DNA of 64,000 bases from Chlamydiota bacterium (GTDB taxonomy: Bacteria > Chlamydiota > Chlamydiia > Chlamydiales > Rhabdochlamydiaceae). Made by a program: the position numbers and the translations under genes. Positions within the stretch are counted from its first letter, which is position 1. Every line of letters begins with the position of its first letter. Below are positions 44,953 through 55,119 of the stretch, one piece after another. The notes under the pieces are model-generated. The model saw only the letters and a list, made by a program, of their open reading frames with translations, did not search any database and was not told where the DNA came from. The stretch spans positions 86,989 to 150,988 of the forward strand of contig JABDCT010000001.1 in NCBI GenBank assembly GCA_013287985.1, in the 5' to 3' direction.

Positions 44953-45266
44953 AAAAGGTCACACTTGGCTGCCATGGCGATATCTTTCTCGGACACACCA
45001 TTGATCGTATGGGTCCAGAATTGTAGCTTAACCTTGCCCCACGAAAGGAAAATGTCGGGATGATGTCCCGCTTCTTCAGCGAGCTTCCCTACTTTGTTCA
45101 CGAAATCGAGCGCCTGTTTGAAATCCTTGAACTTATACTCTTTTTCTATGTGATGGTTTTCGACGAGCTTCCACCCGATGAGATTGCGCAATGATTCCAC
45201 TTTATGTCCTCTGGATATAGATATCCGTTGTGCCCCAGGGAAAACGCCCTTCAAACGACTGCTCAA
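44949..45266 (-). CDS. Pterin-4-alpha-carbinolamine dehydratase
   Basis: GWKLVENHHIEKEYKFKDFKQALDFVNKVGKLAEEAGHHPDIFLSWGKVKLQFWTH matches the PCD signature (F..F..A..F...va..ae...HHPd......v.....TH). The start is uncertain: the ATG at 45266 overlaps the upstream gene by 65 nt, whereas the GTG at 45200 lies 1 nt after its stop. Confidence 0.75.
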   Translation of the reverse strand: MSSRLKGVFPGAQRISISRGHKVESLRNLIGWKLVENHHIEKEYKFKDFKQALDFVNKVGKLAEEAGHHPDIFLSWGKVKLQFWTHTINGVSEKDIAMAAKCDLL

Positions 45267-45792
45267 TCGAAAAGCCCGGCAGGGGTTCGCTCACTGAGAT
45301 GATTGTGACGTGTCGCGGGATTTTTTGAATAGCAGCAGCTACTTTTCTCACTTCCATTTCGCTAAACATCGTGCCATAGAGATAAATCGCTGTAGCTTCG
45401 CTTAGGTCGGCTTCAAACATATCTTCCTCGCGCCACTGCACCTTCTGGATGCCAAGCTCCCTCCCCTTCTGTGCAAAGAGCGGTACTTTTTCATACGCGA
45501 TCACGCGGCAGCCGTAGACGGTCGCAAGAAAAAACGCTGTGCGTCCCCTTCCTGCTCCCATCTCAATCACGCAGTCTTGTTCAGAAAACCCACAACGGTC
45601 TGCGATCTCTTGCATGGTGGAAAGCGGCGTCTCACCATATGAGGATGCGCCCCAAAACATGCGGCAGACGGTATAGGGATTGATGCCGCGGTAGGCAGCT
45701 TGGAACTCAGCATCGACAGATGTGAAGTCAGGGTGCACTTTGCGCTCTTCAAGCCAGTTAAATAGTTTGGTGCGCACCCATGTGACTACCAA
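45202..45792 (-). CDS. Class I SAM-dependent methyltransferase
   Basis: Motif I VIEMGAGRGRTAFFLA, acidic motif II IAYEK, and IYLYGTMF. Confidence 0.7.
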   Translation of the reverse strand: MVVTWVRTKLFNWLEERKVHPDFTSVDAEFQAAYRGINPYTVCRMFWGASSYGETPLSTMQEIADRCGFSEQDCVIEMGAGRGRTAFFLATVYGCRVIAYEKVPLFAQKGRELGIQKVQWREEDMFEADLSEATAIYLYGTMFSEMEVRKVAAAIQKIPRHVTIISVSEPLPGFSIEQSFEGRFPWGTTDIYIQRT

Positions 45793-46718
45793 TTGCGCCT
45801 CACACCGGGATCGATCGCCAGGAAGGTTGCGGGATCCACCTTTGCTTCATGCAGAGCGCGGAAGAGATCATAGGGCGGCTGATCCATAGGCTCATCGGCA
45901 AGGCGGAAGGTCTTCCAGTGCATGCCGAGGCTTAAGTTTGATCCGACTTCTTTGTGGATCTGCACAGCCTCGCTTGGACAGATGTGAACAGGACCCATGA
46001 AAACGCGTGGAGAATAGGCGCCGATCGGGATCAAAGCGAGATCGAATGATTTCCACTTCTCGCCAATCGTTTTGAAGTCATAGGGGTTGTAGCCTGTATC
46101 GCCGACAAAGTAGAAGCGCTGCTCTTTGTGCAAGCTCTCAACGACATATCCCGCCCAGACCGTCTTATTGAAGTGAACACGTCCGGAAAAGTGCTGAGAA
46201 GGAACAGCCGTGATGCGGAAAGAATCGATATCGACGTGCTGCCACCATTCAAGTTCTACAACGCGCTCAATCCCGCGGCTTTTGAACCACTTTTTTACTC
46301 CATGGGGGACCACCCAGAGCAGATTAGGGAATAGCTGATGCAATTTTTCCACGCTCTTTTTGTCGAGATGGTCGTAGTGGTCGTGGCTGATCAGCACGTA
46401 GTCGATTTTCGGCAATTTTTCCATGGAGAGTGCAGGAGGATGCTTCCGCTTGGGGCCTAAAAAGGAGACAGGCGAGCAGCGCTTACTCCAGATCGGATCT
46501 GTGAGAAAATGGCTCCCCTCAAAAGAGACGAGATAGGTGCTGTGATTGATCCACTGTGCCCAAGGTCTATTCGGATCAAATGTCTGATCAGGCAAGGGAT
46601 AGGAAAAGCCCGCCTCGGGACGTTGAGGAGGAGGATCGCGGTAGTAACCCACCATCCAGAGAATAAGATCCAAAAAGCGTCTGCGCGTTTTGATCACATG
46701 TGGATTGTAGAAGTTCAC
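45786..46718 (-). CDS. MBL-fold metallo-hydrolase (NAPE-PLD-like)
   Basis: YVLISHDHYDHLD (HxHxDH) followed by downstream His/Asp ligand contexts. ATGA overlap with pfp. Confidence 0.75.
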   Translation of the reverse strand: MNFYNPHVIKTRRRFLDLILWMVGYYRDPPPQRPEAGFSYPLPDQTFDPNRPWAQWINHSTYLVSFEGSHFLTDPIWSKRCSPVSFLGPKRKHPPALSMEKLPKIDYVLISHDHYDHLDKKSVEKLHQLFPNLLWVVPHGVKKWFKSRGIERVVELEWWQHVDIDSFRITAVPSQHFSGRVHFNKTVWAGYVVESLHKEQRFYFVGDTGYNPYDFKTIGEKWKSFDLALIPIGAYSPRVFMGPVHICPSEAVQIHKEVGSNLSLGMHWKTFRLADEPMDQPPYDLFRALHEAKVDPATFLAIDPGVRRNW

Positions 46719-48277
46719 ACCCCTGCCTCGAGCTGGAGAGTCAGCGTCGTGGCATCCGTGAGCTCTTTATCGCCAAAGAACTGAATAGGTCCAGGGAAGC
46801 GGTAATCGCTTCCAAGCGCCCAGGCGGCGCGCTGTTTTTCCAGCGCCGCAAAGGGCCTTCCTTTAAGGTCGACAAGAGCTTTTTGAATCACGGGCCTCGA
46901 TTTGCCTTTTCGCATCTCCATGTTCATCATCTGGGTAATCGGCAGCCCTGCCACCGTCCATTGAGGGGTGGGGAGGTGCAGATTGCCCACACACGAGATA
47001 TAACCTGTCAGCCCCTCTGAGCACAAGAGAGAAGCGACATGACCGAGCGCATAGCAGTAGTGCGCGTCGAAATTAGAGGGAAACCCGGCTCTGCCTTCGT
47101 AGCCGAAGAAGTGCGCCTGGGAGGAGAATTTGCCTTTGATCTGACGGGACACGGCGCTAATCAGCAGCTTTTCCGTCTCTATCAGCGATACTTGCACGTT
47201 GCCGTGCGGATCGCGGTCGAGGAGGAGCTGCTTCTGGATCTCTTCAGGCAGGGAGTCAAAGCAGCTTTTGCTAGCGGCAGAGATCTTATCAGGGGTTCCA
47301 TGTTGATTGAGTTCGCCGATTAGAGTACCCACCTCGGGGATGAATTCGATGAGCCCCTCGGGGACGAGGATAACGCCGTAGTTTAAGCCCCTTTCCATGC
47401 GTCTTGTGATCACGTCGACGACTTGCGCCGTCAATTGGGCGAGCGTCATCTTTTTGTGCGCCACTTCTTCGCCAATCAGAACCATATTAGGGTGGCAAGA
47501 AAGCCCGCATTCGAGGGCGATGTGCGAAGCGGATCTGCCCATCAATTTAATGAAGTGCGTGTACTTCTTTGCTGACATCGCATCGCGTCCAATGTTGCCG
47601 ATCAATTCGTTATAGGTCTTGCAGGCCGTGTCGAAGCCAAAGGAAGCGGGAATGTAGGAGTTTTTCAGGTCGCCGTCGATCGTTTTGGGCACGCCGACAA
47701 CGACAGTTTTGCAGTTATTCGCCAGAAAATATTCAGCGAGGATGGCAGCATTGGTATTGGAATCGTCGCCGCCAATCACGACAATTGCGTCCAATTTCAG
47801 GGCCACTGCAGTTTGGAGTGCTCCTTTCAGCTGCTCATCTGTTTCGATCTTGGTGCGGCCGGATCCGATCATGTCGAATCCCCCTAGGTTGCGGTAGCCG
47901 CGCACGAGGTCGGGAGTGAGTTCTTTAGTTTTGTTGTTCACGATTCCGCTGGGGCCGTCTAAGAAGCCAAGCAGACGGCTCTCGCTGCTTAGGCACATCA
48001 GTCCATCGAGTAGACCTGCGATCACATTGTGTCCGCCGGCAGCCTGTCCGCCTGAGAGTACAACGCCCACACGCATAGCATGACCCGGGCGACTTGCTCC
48101 CGCTGTAGCACGCATAATAGGGCGTCCGCAGGTGCGAGGGAAAAGGTTCTTGATCTCTTGTGGGGAAGAGGTCGCCTCACCTGGGGAAAAGTGAGGACGG
48201 CTTTGCAAAATTTTCGGAAGGCTCGGCTCGTAGGCAAGACGGAGCTTCTCTAGCGGACTTCGATCCATGGTTAACAC
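46715..48277 (-). CDS. pfp: Diphosphate--fructose-6-phosphate 1-phosphotransferase (PPi-dependent PFK, long form)
   Basis: GVVLSGGQAAGGHNVI, GGFDMIGSGR, IGGDDSNTNA, VGVPKTIDGD and MGRSASHI are PFK-A family group 'long PPi-PFK' motifs (GGDD instead of GGDG). Confidence 0.88.
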   Translation of the reverse strand: MLTMDRSPLEKLRLAYEPSLPKILQSRPHFSPGEATSSPQEIKNLFPRTCGRPIMRATAGASRPGHAMRVGVVLSGGQAAGGHNVIAGLLDGLMCLSSESRLLGFLDGPSGIVNNKTKELTPDLVRGYRNLGGFDMIGSGRTKIETDEQLKGALQTAVALKLDAIVVIGGDDSNTNAAILAEYFLANNCKTVVVGVPKTIDGDLKNSYIPASFGFDTACKTYNELIGNIGRDAMSAKKYTHFIKLMGRSASHIALECGLSCHPNMVLIGEEVAHKKMTLAQLTAQVVDVITRRMERGLNYGVILVPEGLIEFIPEVGTLIGELNQHGTPDKISAASKSCFDSLPEEIQKQLLLDRDPHGNVQVSLIETEKLLISAVSRQIKGKFSSQAHFFGYEGRAGFPSNFDAHYCYALGHVASLLCSEGLTGYISCVGNLHLPTPQWTVAGLPITQMMNMEMRKGKSRPVIQKALVDLKGRPFAALEKQRAAWALGSDYRFPGPIQFFGDKELTDATTLTLQLEAGV

Positions 48278-49662
48278 TCCGGAACGCTGACCGATACATG
48301 CAGAGCGAGCCCGCCTTCGGACGTCTCTTTGTAGATGTGTTTCATGTCTTCGCCGGTGTGGCGCATCGTCTTGATGACCTCATCTAAAGAGACGTGGTGC
48401 TGGCCATCGCCGTGCATTGCAAGGCGCGCTGCGTTGATGGCTTTGATCGATCCCATCGTATTGCGCTCGATGCAGGGAATCTGCACAAGGCCCCCAATTG
48501 GATCGCAGGTCAGGCCGAGGTTGTGCTCCATTCCGATTTCGGCCGCGTTCTCGATCTGTTCGTTGGTTCCGCCGAGTGCTGCGACAAGGCCTCCGGCTGC
48601 CATAGAACAGGCCACTCCGACTTCGCCCTGGCATCCCATCTCTGCTGCAGAGAGCGACGCCCCCTCTTTATAGAGGATGCCGATAGCTGCAGCGGTAAGG
48701 AAAAAGTTCACAACGCCTTCTAAGGTGGGTGACTCGGTGAATTTCATGTAGTAGTGGAGGACTGCGGGGATGATGCCGGCTGCGCCATTGGTCGGCGCCG
48801 TAACTACCCTCCCGCCTGCGGCGTTCTCTTCATTGACGGCTAGGGCAAAGAGACTGACCCAATCAAAAATTTTAGCCGGATCGTTTTGATAGGGACTATC
48901 GGGATCGGTGAGGTTATTATAAATTTGAGCGGCTCTGCGACGGACGTTTAAGCCGCCGGGTAGAATCCCCTCCTGCTCGATCCCGCGGAGGACGCACTGC
49001 TGCATCACATTCCAGATCCGCAGAATCCCCTGCTCGATCTCCTGCTGCGTGCGCCAGACGAGCTCATTTTCCATCATGACTTCGTAGATCATCTTACCCG
49101 TCTTTCTACAATGGACAAGTAGCTCTTCACAGGTCTTGAAAGGATAGGGAATCGAAGCTTCGGAAGATTGGGCAGCCTCAGCGAAAATCTGCTCGTGGTC
49201 GACGATGAATCCGCCGCCCACTGAATAAATAATTTGAGTCATCAGTTCGCGGCCATTTTTATCGAAGGCCTTGAAGCGCATAGCGTTAGAGTGGTAGGGC
49301 AAGCGTTTGCCTTTATGGAAAAGAAGATCGCGCTCCTTTTCAAAGCGGATGAGTTTCTTATGGAGGAGATTCAGTTCGTGGTGATTACAGATGTAGCTGA
49401 TGCGATGGTTGACTGAGTCGGGATCGACGTCTTCTGGGAGCTCTCCCTCCAACCCGAGCAGAAGAGCGATATCTGTAGCGTGGCCCTCACCTGTCATAGC
49501 AAGAGATCCAAATAATTCTATTAACACCCGGTCGACCTCGTGGAGGCGGCCGTTCTGTTTGATACTGGTAATGAACCGACGCGCTGCGCGCATAGGCCCT
49601 ACTGTATGAGAACTAGAGGGACCAATCCCTATTGAAAAGATTTGAAAGAGGCTCACTGCCAT
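48271..49662 (-). CDS. sdaA: L-serine ammonia-lyase, iron-sulfur-dependent, single chain
   Basis: [61 protein letters not shown] and [19 protein letters not shown]. Confidence 0.92.
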   Translation of the reverse strand: MAVSLFQIFSIGIGPSSSHTVGPMRAARRFITSIKQNGRLHEVDRVLIELFGSLAMTGEGHATDIALLLGLEGELPEDVDPDSVNHRISYICNHHELNLLHKKLIRFEKERDLLFHKGKRLPYHSNAMRFKAFDKNGRELMTQIIYSVGGGFIVDHEQIFAEAAQSSEASIPYPFKTCEELLVHCRKTGKMIYEVMMENELVWRTQQEIEQGILRIWNVMQQCVLRGIEQEGILPGGLNVRRRAAQIYNNLTDPDSPYQNDPAKIFDWVSLFALAVNEENAAGGRVVTAPTNGAAGIIPAVLHYYMKFTESPTLEGVVNFFLTAAAIGILYKEGASLSAAEMGCQGEVGVACSMAAGGLVAALGGTNEQIENAAEIGMEHNLGLTCDPIGGLVQIPCIERNTMGSIKAINAARLAMHGDGQHHVSLDEVIKTMRHTGEDMKHIYKETSEGGLALHVSVSVPEC

Positions 49663-49788
49663 TGGGATACTCTCCTTAGGTTATGCGGGCCACGCCCACT
49701 CCAGATTTAAATCTTTTTATTATACTTTTCAACCAAAATTGAAATTGCAACCGAGACGTGGTTTAGGATACACTAGCCCCAAGTATTT

Positions 49789-51378
49789 ATGAAATACATC
49801 TTTGTTACAGGAGGAGTGGTCTCCTCGCTAGGCAAGGGGCTAACTGCGGCCTCGATTGCCATGCTTTTAGAAAAAAGGGGGCTTAAAGTCGCCCTCCTCA
49901 AGCTTGACCCCTATCTAAACGTCGACCCCGGCACCATGAATCCCTTTGAACACGGGGAAGTCTATGTCACGGAAGACGGAGCGGAGACCGACCTCGACCT
50001 CGGCCACTACTACCGTTTTACTCACTCGCCCGTAACCAAAGCCTCGAATGCCACCTCCGGTCAGATCTATGAAGAGGTGCTCCGCAAAGAGCGGCGCGGC
50101 GATTTCCTCGGCAAATGCGTGCAGGTCATCCCCCATATTACCGACGAGATCAAACAGCGCATTTTAAATGCCGCAGCCCCCCAAACCGACATCCTTATAG
50201 TAGAGATCGGCGGCACCGTGGGCGACATCGAATCGCTTCCCTTCATGGAGGCCATACGCCAGTTCCGCTACGAAAGACCGCGCCACTGCATCAACATCCA
50301 CCTTACCTACGTCCCCTACCTCAAAGCAGCCGGCGAACTCAAAACGAAACCGACCCAGCACTCCGTCCAGATGCTCCGCAGCATCGGGATCATTCCCGAC
50401 ATCCTGCTCTGCCGCAGTGAAAAGAGCCTGTCAGAATCGATGAAAGACAAGATCAGCCTCTTCTGCAGCGTCCCCAAAGAAGCTGTCATGGATGAGGTCG
50501 ATGTCTCTTTCAGCGTCTACGAAGTCCCTCTTCTTCTCCATGCACAAGGCCTCGACAGCAAAATCTGCGACATGCTGCAGCTTCCTGCCGGAAAAGCCGA
50601 CCTGAAAAGCTGGGAAGAGATGCTCCACAACATGCGCCATCCCAAAGGCAAAGTCGTGATCGGCATTGTCGGAAAATACCTGACACACAAAGACGCCTAT
50701 AAATGCGTCTTCGATGCGCTCGAGCATGCCGCCACCGCCCACCAGGTCGCTCTTGAAGTGCGCACCTTTGAAGCGGACAAGATCGACTCGATCGATGGAT
50801 GCGACGGCTACCTCGTCCCGGGCGGATTTGGCGAGCGCGGCTGGATGGGAAAGATCCTTTGCGCTAAACACTGCCGCACCCATAAGATCCCCTACTTCGG
50901 CATCTGCCTTGGCATGCAGGTCATGTGCGTCGAGTTTGCGCGCCACGTCTTGGGCCTCTCAGAAGCCAACAGCACCGAATTCGACCCCCAAACTCCCTAT
51001 CCGATCATCTCGATGCTGAGTGAAATGCGCGGGCAGCAGAATCTCGGCGGCACGATGCGCCTGGGCGCCTATCCTTGCCTCCTAAACAAAACATCGCGCG
51101 CCTACGCCGCGTACAACTCCGCACAGATCAGCGAACGCCATCGCCACCGCTACGAATTCAACAACTCCTTTAAAGAAGCGTGTGAGAAAAATGGCCTCAT
51201 CCAGACTGGAACCTATCAGACCGAGCAGCTTGCCGAGGTCATGGAAATCGCCGCTCATCCCTGGATGGTTGGTGTGCAATACCACCCCGAGTTCAAGTCG
51301 CGCCCGACCGAACCTCATCCCCTCTTCTACTCCTTTATTTCAGCAGCCCTAGATTATGCCAAGAATCGCCGCCATTGA
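49789..51378 (+). CDS. pyrG: CTP synthase
   Basis: MKYIFVTGGVVSSLGKG, KLDPYLNVDPGTMNP.EHGEV.VT.DG.ETDLDLGHYYRF, and the GATase GICLGMQ...HRHRYE. Confidence 0.96.
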   Translation: MKYIFVTGGVVSSLGKGLTAASIAMLLEKRGLKVALLKLDPYLNVDPGTMNPFEHGEVYVTEDGAETDLDLGHYYRFTHSPVTKASNATSGQIYEEVLRKERRGDFLGKCVQVIPHITDEIKQRILNAAAPQTDILIVEIGGTVGDIESLPFMEAIRQFRYERPRHCINIHLTYVPYLKAAGELKTKPTQHSVQMLRSIGIIPDILLCRSEKSLSESMKDKISLFCSVPKEAVMDEVDVSFSVYEVPLLLHAQGLDSKICDMLQLPAGKADLKSWEEMLHNMRHPKGKVVIGIVGKYLTHKDAYKCVFDALEHAATAHQVALEVRTFEADKIDSIDGCDGYLVPGGFGERGWMGKILCAKHCRTHKIPYFGICLGMQVMCVEFARHVLGLSEANSTEFDPQTPYPIISMLSEMRGQQNLGGTMRLGAYPCLLNKTSRAYAAYNSAQISERHRHRYEFNNSFKEACEKNGLIQTGTYQTEQLAEVMEIAAHPWMVGVQYHPEFKSRPTEPHPLFYSFISAALDYAKNRRH

Positions 51379-51796
51379 CTATGGCAAGGCGCGCATAGGC
51401 CTTGCACTCTCCGACGAGCGAGCCTACCTCGCTAGCACCCTCGCGCCGATCCGCGCCTCCAAAAAGCTCGAAGAGACCGCCGCTGAAATCGCCACCGCAC
51501 TCAAACCGCATCCCGTTTCACGCCTCGTCATAGGTCTGCCGCTCCACTTGAACGGACGCGAAAGCCTCCTCTCTATAGAAGTGCGCCAGCTCGCCACTCT
51601 TCTCGAAGCCATGCTCCCCATCCCCATCACCCTATGGGACGAACGCCTCTCCACCGCCCAAACTGAGCGCATGCTCAAAGAGTCGGGGTTTTCGCGCAAA
51701 GAACGCACCACACGCATCGATTCCGCCTGCGCGGCAGCTATCCTGCAAAGCTTCCTAGACTGTAATACTCAAAACGGTTATTTTCAAAAGGGATGA
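51356..51796 (+). CDS. ruvX: Putative pre-16S rRNA nuclease / Holliday junction resolvase-like YqgF
   Basis: RIAAIDYGKARIGLALSD, IGLPLHLNG and DERLST. Overlaps pyrG by 23 nt and has an ATGA overlap with zwf. Confidence 0.85.
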   Translation: MPRIAAIDYGKARIGLALSDERAYLASTLAPIRASKKLEETAAEIATALKPHPVSRLVIGLPLHLNGRESLLSIEVRQLATLLEAMLPIPITLWDERLSTAQTERMLKESGFSRKERTTRIDSACAAAILQSFLDCNTQNGYFQKG

Positions 51797-53301
51797 CACA
51801 CCCTCTTGAAGAACCAGGACTTACCCTGCGCCTGATCGATCCCTGTATTGTCGTGATTTTTGGCGCGACGGGCGATCTTACTGCGCGCAAACTCTTCCCC
51901 GCTCTCTACAATCTCGCACGCGAAGGCCAGCTGCCGAGCCAATTTGCCTGCGTCGGTTTTGCTCGCAGAGACAAGACGCACGATCAGTTCCGCGCCGAAA
52001 TGCGCGAGGCGGTTGAAAAATATTCGCGCGTCAAGCCAATCGAAGAGTCTCTCTGGAACAACTTCAAAGAGCAGATCTTCTACCACAAGAGCGAGTTCCA
52101 CGAAGAAGAAGGATACCGCTCACTCAACCAATTTCTCCTAGAACTAGACAGCCGTTTTGGCACCAAGGGCAACCGCGTTTTTTACCTCTCCACCCAGCCC
52201 AGTTTCTTCCCCACCATCTGCTCTGAGCTGCACAAAACGGGCCTTCTCTACGACACAGATAAAATCAAAGACAGGTGGTCGCGCATTATCGTCGAAAAAC
52301 CCTTCGGCCACGACCTCGCATCCGCGCAAGCGCTCCAAACTGAGCTCCTCCAGTTCCTCAAAGAGCCGCAGATCTTCCGCATCGACCACTACCTCGGCAA
52401 AGAGACCGTCCAGAACCTGCTCGTCTTCCGCTTTGCCAACTCGATTTTCGAATCGCTCTGGAACAACCGCTATATCGACCACATCCAGATCACAGTTGCC
52501 GAAGATATCGGTATCGGCTCCCGCGGCGCTTTCTGGGAAGAAGCAGGACTTGTACGCGACATCATCCAGAACCACATGATGCAACTCCTCAGTCTCGTTG
52601 CGATGGAACCTCCGGGCAGCCTCACCGCAGACGCGATCCAAGACGAAAAAGTCAAAGTCGTGCGCTCACTCCGCCTGACCGGCGCCGTCCGCGGGCAGTA
52701 TGGCCCCGGCTACATCAGCGCAGGGTCCGTTCCCGGCTACCGCCAAGAGAAGAACGTCTCCCCCACCTCCAACGTCGAAACCTACGCCGCGATGCGTCTC
52801 TTCGTCGACAACTGGCGCTGGGATGGAGTCCCCTTCTACTTGCGCGCGGGCAAGCGTCTGCCCAAACGCACCACCGAAATCGCCGTCACCTTCAAGCATC
52901 CTCCAGGCGTCCTCTTCCAAGAGCGCGATCATCATGAAGCCAACGTACTCGCTATCCGCATCCAGCCCGACGAGGGCATCGGCCTCAAGATCAATTGCAA
53001 AGTACCCGGCCCCTACAGCCCGATCCAGCCCGTGAAAATGGACTTCCGCTACAGCAGTTTCTTCGGTACCTCTCCTCCCGAAGCGTACGAGCGCCTCATC
53101 ATCGACTGCATGGCCGGCGACACCACCCTCTTTGCCCGCCAAGATGAAGTATTCGCCTCTTGGAAGCTCCTAACTCCCCTTCTCGACGAATGGGCGCGCA
53201 CTAAAGCCGAAGACTTCCCCAACTACCAGTCTGGAACCTGGGGACCCGCATCCGCTGACGCCCTCCTCGCACAAGATGGCCGTAAGTGGAGGCTCCTATG
53301 A
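51793..53301 (+). CDS. zwf: Glucose-6-phosphate 1-dehydrogenase
   Basis: VIFGATGDLTARKLFPALYNL, RIDHYLGKE, EKPFG and NHMMQLL.LVAMEPP. Confidence 0.93.
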   Translation: MTHPLEEPGLTLRLIDPCIVVIFGATGDLTARKLFPALYNLAREGQLPSQFACVGFARRDKTHDQFRAEMREAVEKYSRVKPIEESLWNNFKEQIFYHKSEFHEEEGYRSLNQFLLELDSRFGTKGNRVFYLSTQPSFFPTICSELHKTGLLYDTDKIKDRWSRIIVEKPFGHDLASAQALQTELLQFLKEPQIFRIDHYLGKETVQNLLVFRFANSIFESLWNNRYIDHIQITVAEDIGIGSRGAFWEEAGLVRDIIQNHMMQLLSLVAMEPPGSLTADAIQDEKVKVVRSLRLTGAVRGQYGPGYISAGSVPGYRQEKNVSPTSNVETYAAMRLFVDNWRWDGVPFYLRAGKRLPKRTTEIAVTFKHPPGVLFQERDHHEANVLAIRIQPDEGIGLKINCKVPGPYSPIQPVKMDFRYSSFFGTSPPEAYERLIIDCMAGDTTLFARQDEVFASWKLLTPLLDEWARTKAEDFPNYQSGTWGPASADALLAQDGRKWRLL

Positions 53302-54239
53302 CTCTCGTTGCCCCATCAGACATCCACTCCGCTCTTTCCTCTCTGTGGACCCGCATGGAAGCCACCCATACCCTGCGCGCGAGCCTCTTCAACCTCATCT
53401 TCTACGCCGAAGCGAACGAGAACCTGCCCTACGTCCGTTCTCTCGCCCAAAGCATCGTCCAGCGCTTCCCCGCACGCATCCTATTCATCACCCACCACCC
53501 GGAAAAAGCGCCCGATTTTCTCGAAACGCGCATTTCCCTCATTCCCCTTACAGACAACGCCTGCGACCTGATCGAGATCGACGCCGGCACCGCCTCTCTA
53601 CAAAAAGCTCCCTTCCTCATCCTCGCGCACCTTCTCACCGACCTGCCGATCTACCTCGTCTGGTCCACCAACCCCGACCCGAAGCATCCGCTCTTCGCCC
53701 CGCTCACCACACTTGCTGACCGCTACATCTTCGATTCGCAAACGACCTCCAACCTGCCACAGTTTGCCCGCACGCTACTCTCACTCCCCCACACTTTCAC
53801 CGACCTGACCTGGGCACGCATCGAAGACTGGCGCCAGCTCCTCACCGCGACCTTCTACACCCCCGATCGCCTCGCGCATCTCCTCCAGGCGGACAAGATC
53901 CAGATCTTCTACTCCAATCCACCCACCCAAGCGCGCTATCTCCAAACCTGGCTCACGAGCCAACTCGGCATCCACCCCACCTTCGAACTCATCGCCGAAG
54001 AAGCCACGCCAGGCTCCATCATCTCGCTCGAAATTTCAACTCACACCGGCTGGCACTTCTCCTTCGGGCGCGATCCCAAGCAGCCGCACCAAGTGAGCAT
54101 GCGCTTTTCCACACCCGAATCATGTGCGATCCCGCTGCGCTACCTTTTTGAAAAAGGCCACTCCATCGTCCGTGAGATCGGCCATACGCGCACAAGCCAC
54201 CAATTCCTCCAGCTCCTCACCCAGTTATCCCATGAATAA
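53298..54239 (+). CDS. opcA: OpcA-like (G6PD assembly protein-like) protein
   Basis: Sits between zwf and pgl with ATGA and 8-nt overlaps. IHSALSSLWTRMEATHTLRASLFNLIFYAE resembles the OpcA N-terminal pattern (i...L..lW......ra.lfNLi.y). The assignment is tentative. Confidence 0.5.
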   Translation: MTLVAPSDIHSALSSLWTRMEATHTLRASLFNLIFYAEANENLPYVRSLAQSIVQRFPARILFITHHPEKAPDFLETRISLIPLTDNACDLIEIDAGTASLQKAPFLILAHLLTDLPIYLVWSTNPDPKHPLFAPLTTLADRYIFDSQTTSNLPQFARTLLSLPHTFTDLTWARIEDWRQLLTATFYTPDRLAHLLQADKIQIFYSNPPTQARYLQTWLTSQLGIHPTFELIAEEATPGSIISLEISTHTGWHFSFGRDPKQPHQVSMRFSTPESCAIPLRYLFEKGHSIVREIGHTRTSHQFLQLLTQLSHE

Positions 54240-54945
54240 TCGCGTTCTCCTCATCCCTGGCCCCTACGATGTGACCCTGAAGATTGCGCTGCACCACTTT
54301 GTCGCCATCTGCAGCGAATCGATCAAACGCCGAGGCCGCTTCACAGTCGCCCTTTCCGGCGGCTCCACGCCCCAAACACTCTACCAGCACCTCACTGCCC
54401 CACCTTACTCCGATGCGATCGCCTGGGACAAAGTCCATCTCTTCTGGAGCGACGAGCGATCCGTTCCCCCGGACCACCCCGAGAGCAATTACAAAATGGC
54501 GATGGACGCAGGCTTCCGCGCCCTAATACCGCCCTCCCAAGTGCACCGCATGCCTGCCGAGACGTCCATTGAATCCAACGCAGCCCTCTACGAACAGATC
54601 ATCCAGTCCTTCCAGCCCTTCGACCTCGTCATGCTCGGCGTGGGTGAAGACGGCCACACCGCCTCGCTCTTTCCGAACACCACAGCCCTCACCGTCACCG
54701 ACCGCCTCGTCGTCGCCAACCACGTCCCGCAAAAAGACACCTGGCGCATGACGCTGACATTCCCCTGCATCAATGCAGCACGCAGCACCGTCGTCTACGT
54801 CTTCGGCACTTCCAAGCAAAAAATCATTCAAGAGATTTTCCAGGGACCAGAAAAGTACCCTGCGCAACAGATCGGCACGTCGGAGCGTCCCAGCCTCTGG
54901 ATCCTCGACACAGACGCCGCCGCCCTCATCGCTCAATCGCAATAA
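54232..54945 (+). CDS. pgl: 6-phosphogluconolactonase
   Basis: From the ATG at 54232: FTVALSGGSTP, HLFWSDERSVPPDHPESNY and LGVGEDGHTASLFP. Confidence 0.88.
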   Translation: MNNRVLLIPGPYDVTLKIALHHFVAICSESIKRRGRFTVALSGGSTPQTLYQHLTAPPYSDAIAWDKVHLFWSDERSVPPDHPESNYKMAMDAGFRALIPPSQVHRMPAETSIESNAALYEQIIQSFQPFDLVMLGVGEDGHTASLFPNTTALTVTDRLVVANHVPQKDTWRMTLTFPCINAARSTVVYVFGTSKQKIIQEIFQGPEKYPAQQIGTSERPSLWILDTDAAALIAQSQ

Positions 54946-55068
54946 TTAAAAAGACCAGCATCGTCGCTGACAACCAATACGCGAAGTAAAATCTACGCAA
55001 CATAGCCTCTATTCTTGCATGTTCCTGAGCGTTCGTTTCATGCCACAATCTGAACTTACATATGAAGA

Positions 55069-55097
55069 TTGACAAAAACAGAGAATTCTTGAAAAAT
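55069..55097 (+). promoter_or_regulatory. Candidate sigma70/66-type promoter (TTGACA-N17-AAAAAT) for the coiled-coil gene pair
   Basis: TTGACA at 55069-55074, then a 17-nt spacer, then AAAAAT at 55092-55097, about 22 nt upstream of the ATG at 55120. Confidence 0.3.
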
Positions 55098-55119
55098 TTT
55101 TTCGCAACATGAGGTTTGT

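Noticed and set aside
50431-53142. Several 150-170-aa minus-strand ORFs (50431..50946, 52144..52641, 52666..53142) and Pro/Arg/Ser-rich alternative-frame plus ORFs (51860.., 52157.., 52700.., 53276.., 53308..)
   Set aside because: All overlap the strongly supported pyrG, zwf and opcA-like frames and show low-complexity shadow-frame composition.
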